In this document: positions 63,220 to 64,000 of the stretch, in pieces
How positions within the stretch are numbered: the first letter of the stretch is position 1
How the letters are laid out: the number at the start of each line of letters is the position of its first letter
Origin: Pecten maximus
Taxonomy: Eukaryota
DNA length: 64,000 bases
NCBI RefSeq assembly: GCF_902652985.1
Contig: NC_047025.1
Coordinates: forward strand, 22,692,001 to 22,756,000
Reading direction: 5' to 3'
Program-made: the position numbers and the translations under genes
The notes under the pieces: model-generated
Told to the model about the DNA's origin: nothing
The model's database searches: none
What the model saw: the letters and a program-made list of their open reading frames with translations, nothing else

Positions 63220-64000
63220 AAGCAAGAGGTCCATGGGGCCTGCATCCCACCTGGATATTTCAGTGATTGTGGCAATGCACTTTCAAGTTATATAACAAAT
63301 AGTTTTCCCTTTTTGGGATCGGTCTCTCAGCAACATATCATGTTAAGTCAATACTTGCCTTTAACCAACATCTTGCTTTCTAAGGTTCCAAAGATTCAAA
63401 GCAAATTAAGCTGAAAAGCACTCATCATAAATAAACAATGGACTTCCTTTATTGGCCCTGTCATCTCTGTCTCTAGGTAGATAAGTTAAAGCAATGTTCA
63501 GCTCATGTTGCCCTAGAACTCAGCAGACCACAACAAAATCTCCACCTCAAGGGGAGACAACCCCTTCATTGTCTCTTTCACTCATCAATCCTCCGCATGA
63601 AATCTGATCAAAATCCATCAAGCCGTTCAGAAGTACTACTCTGACTAGGATTTATATAATTATGTATCTCTTATCTGCTATATTTGCCCTAGTAGGCCCT
63701 GCCCCTATGACTCCTGGGAGGGAGAAGGAGGGGAATAAACCTTAAATCAAAGGATGCTTCAGACCATATTTGGACAAAGACTTTTCATTCCTTCAGAAGA
63801 AAAAGGAATCGATAATTATTTCTTTATATTTCTCCTATTGGGTCCCATCCATAAGGCCCCTTGGGACCAGACCAAACGTTTATACAAAATCTGTTCCCTT
63901 TCAACCAAGGATGCCTCGGACCAAACTTGGTAAAAAAAAAAAAAAAAAAAACCTGTTGGGTCCCACTCTCAGGGCCTTGTGGAACCACCTCCATTAATAA
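63220..64000 (+). mobile_element. HINE-like non-autonomous Helentron, 5' part (runs off the window)
   Basis: Starts aagcaagaggtccatggggcctgcatcccacctgg (typical caagaggcccatgggcc..cacctg head). Degenerate internal units contain ggcccc..ggg and aaggatgc..accaaa(t/c)ttgg. Confidence 0.6.

Overview
AT-rich metazoan genomic DNA, most likely a bivalve mollusc (possibly a scallop), judged from the style of its Helentron-associated (HINE) elements and a SINE fragment. The only host gene I can support is the 5' end of a divergent inositol 1,4,5-trisphosphate receptor-like (ITPR-like) gene on the minus strand. It has four coding exons (7467-7361, 4126-4053, 3387-3263, 2755-2669; 131 aa of the N-terminal suppressor domain) and continues beyond coordinate 1. 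The first coding exon has an acceptor site, so non-coding 5' exon(s) lie further right or outside the window. The rest is intron or upstream DNA with about 16 minisatellite arrays (about 20 kb packed into 27.5-53 kb, several with higher-order structure) and decayed transposons. These include Tc1, CR1/L2 LINE pieces, a Hero-type restriction-like endonuclease (RLE) LINE interrupted by an Academ DNA transposon, two HINE/pearl-like elements, a Penelope-like remnant, and fold-back elements with an internal complementary region. The most unusual observations are: (i) minisatellites seeded from the ITPR exon/donor junctions, which create runs of decoy 5' splice sites; (ii) a minisatellite built from a degenerate hammerhead ribozyme; (iii) fold-back elements without a normal target-site duplication (TSD), whose interior is complementary to their own joined ends, one carrying a Pol III cassette. 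Nearly all ORFs in the supplied track are repeat-derived or spurious. Family assignments come from recalled motifs, not database searches.
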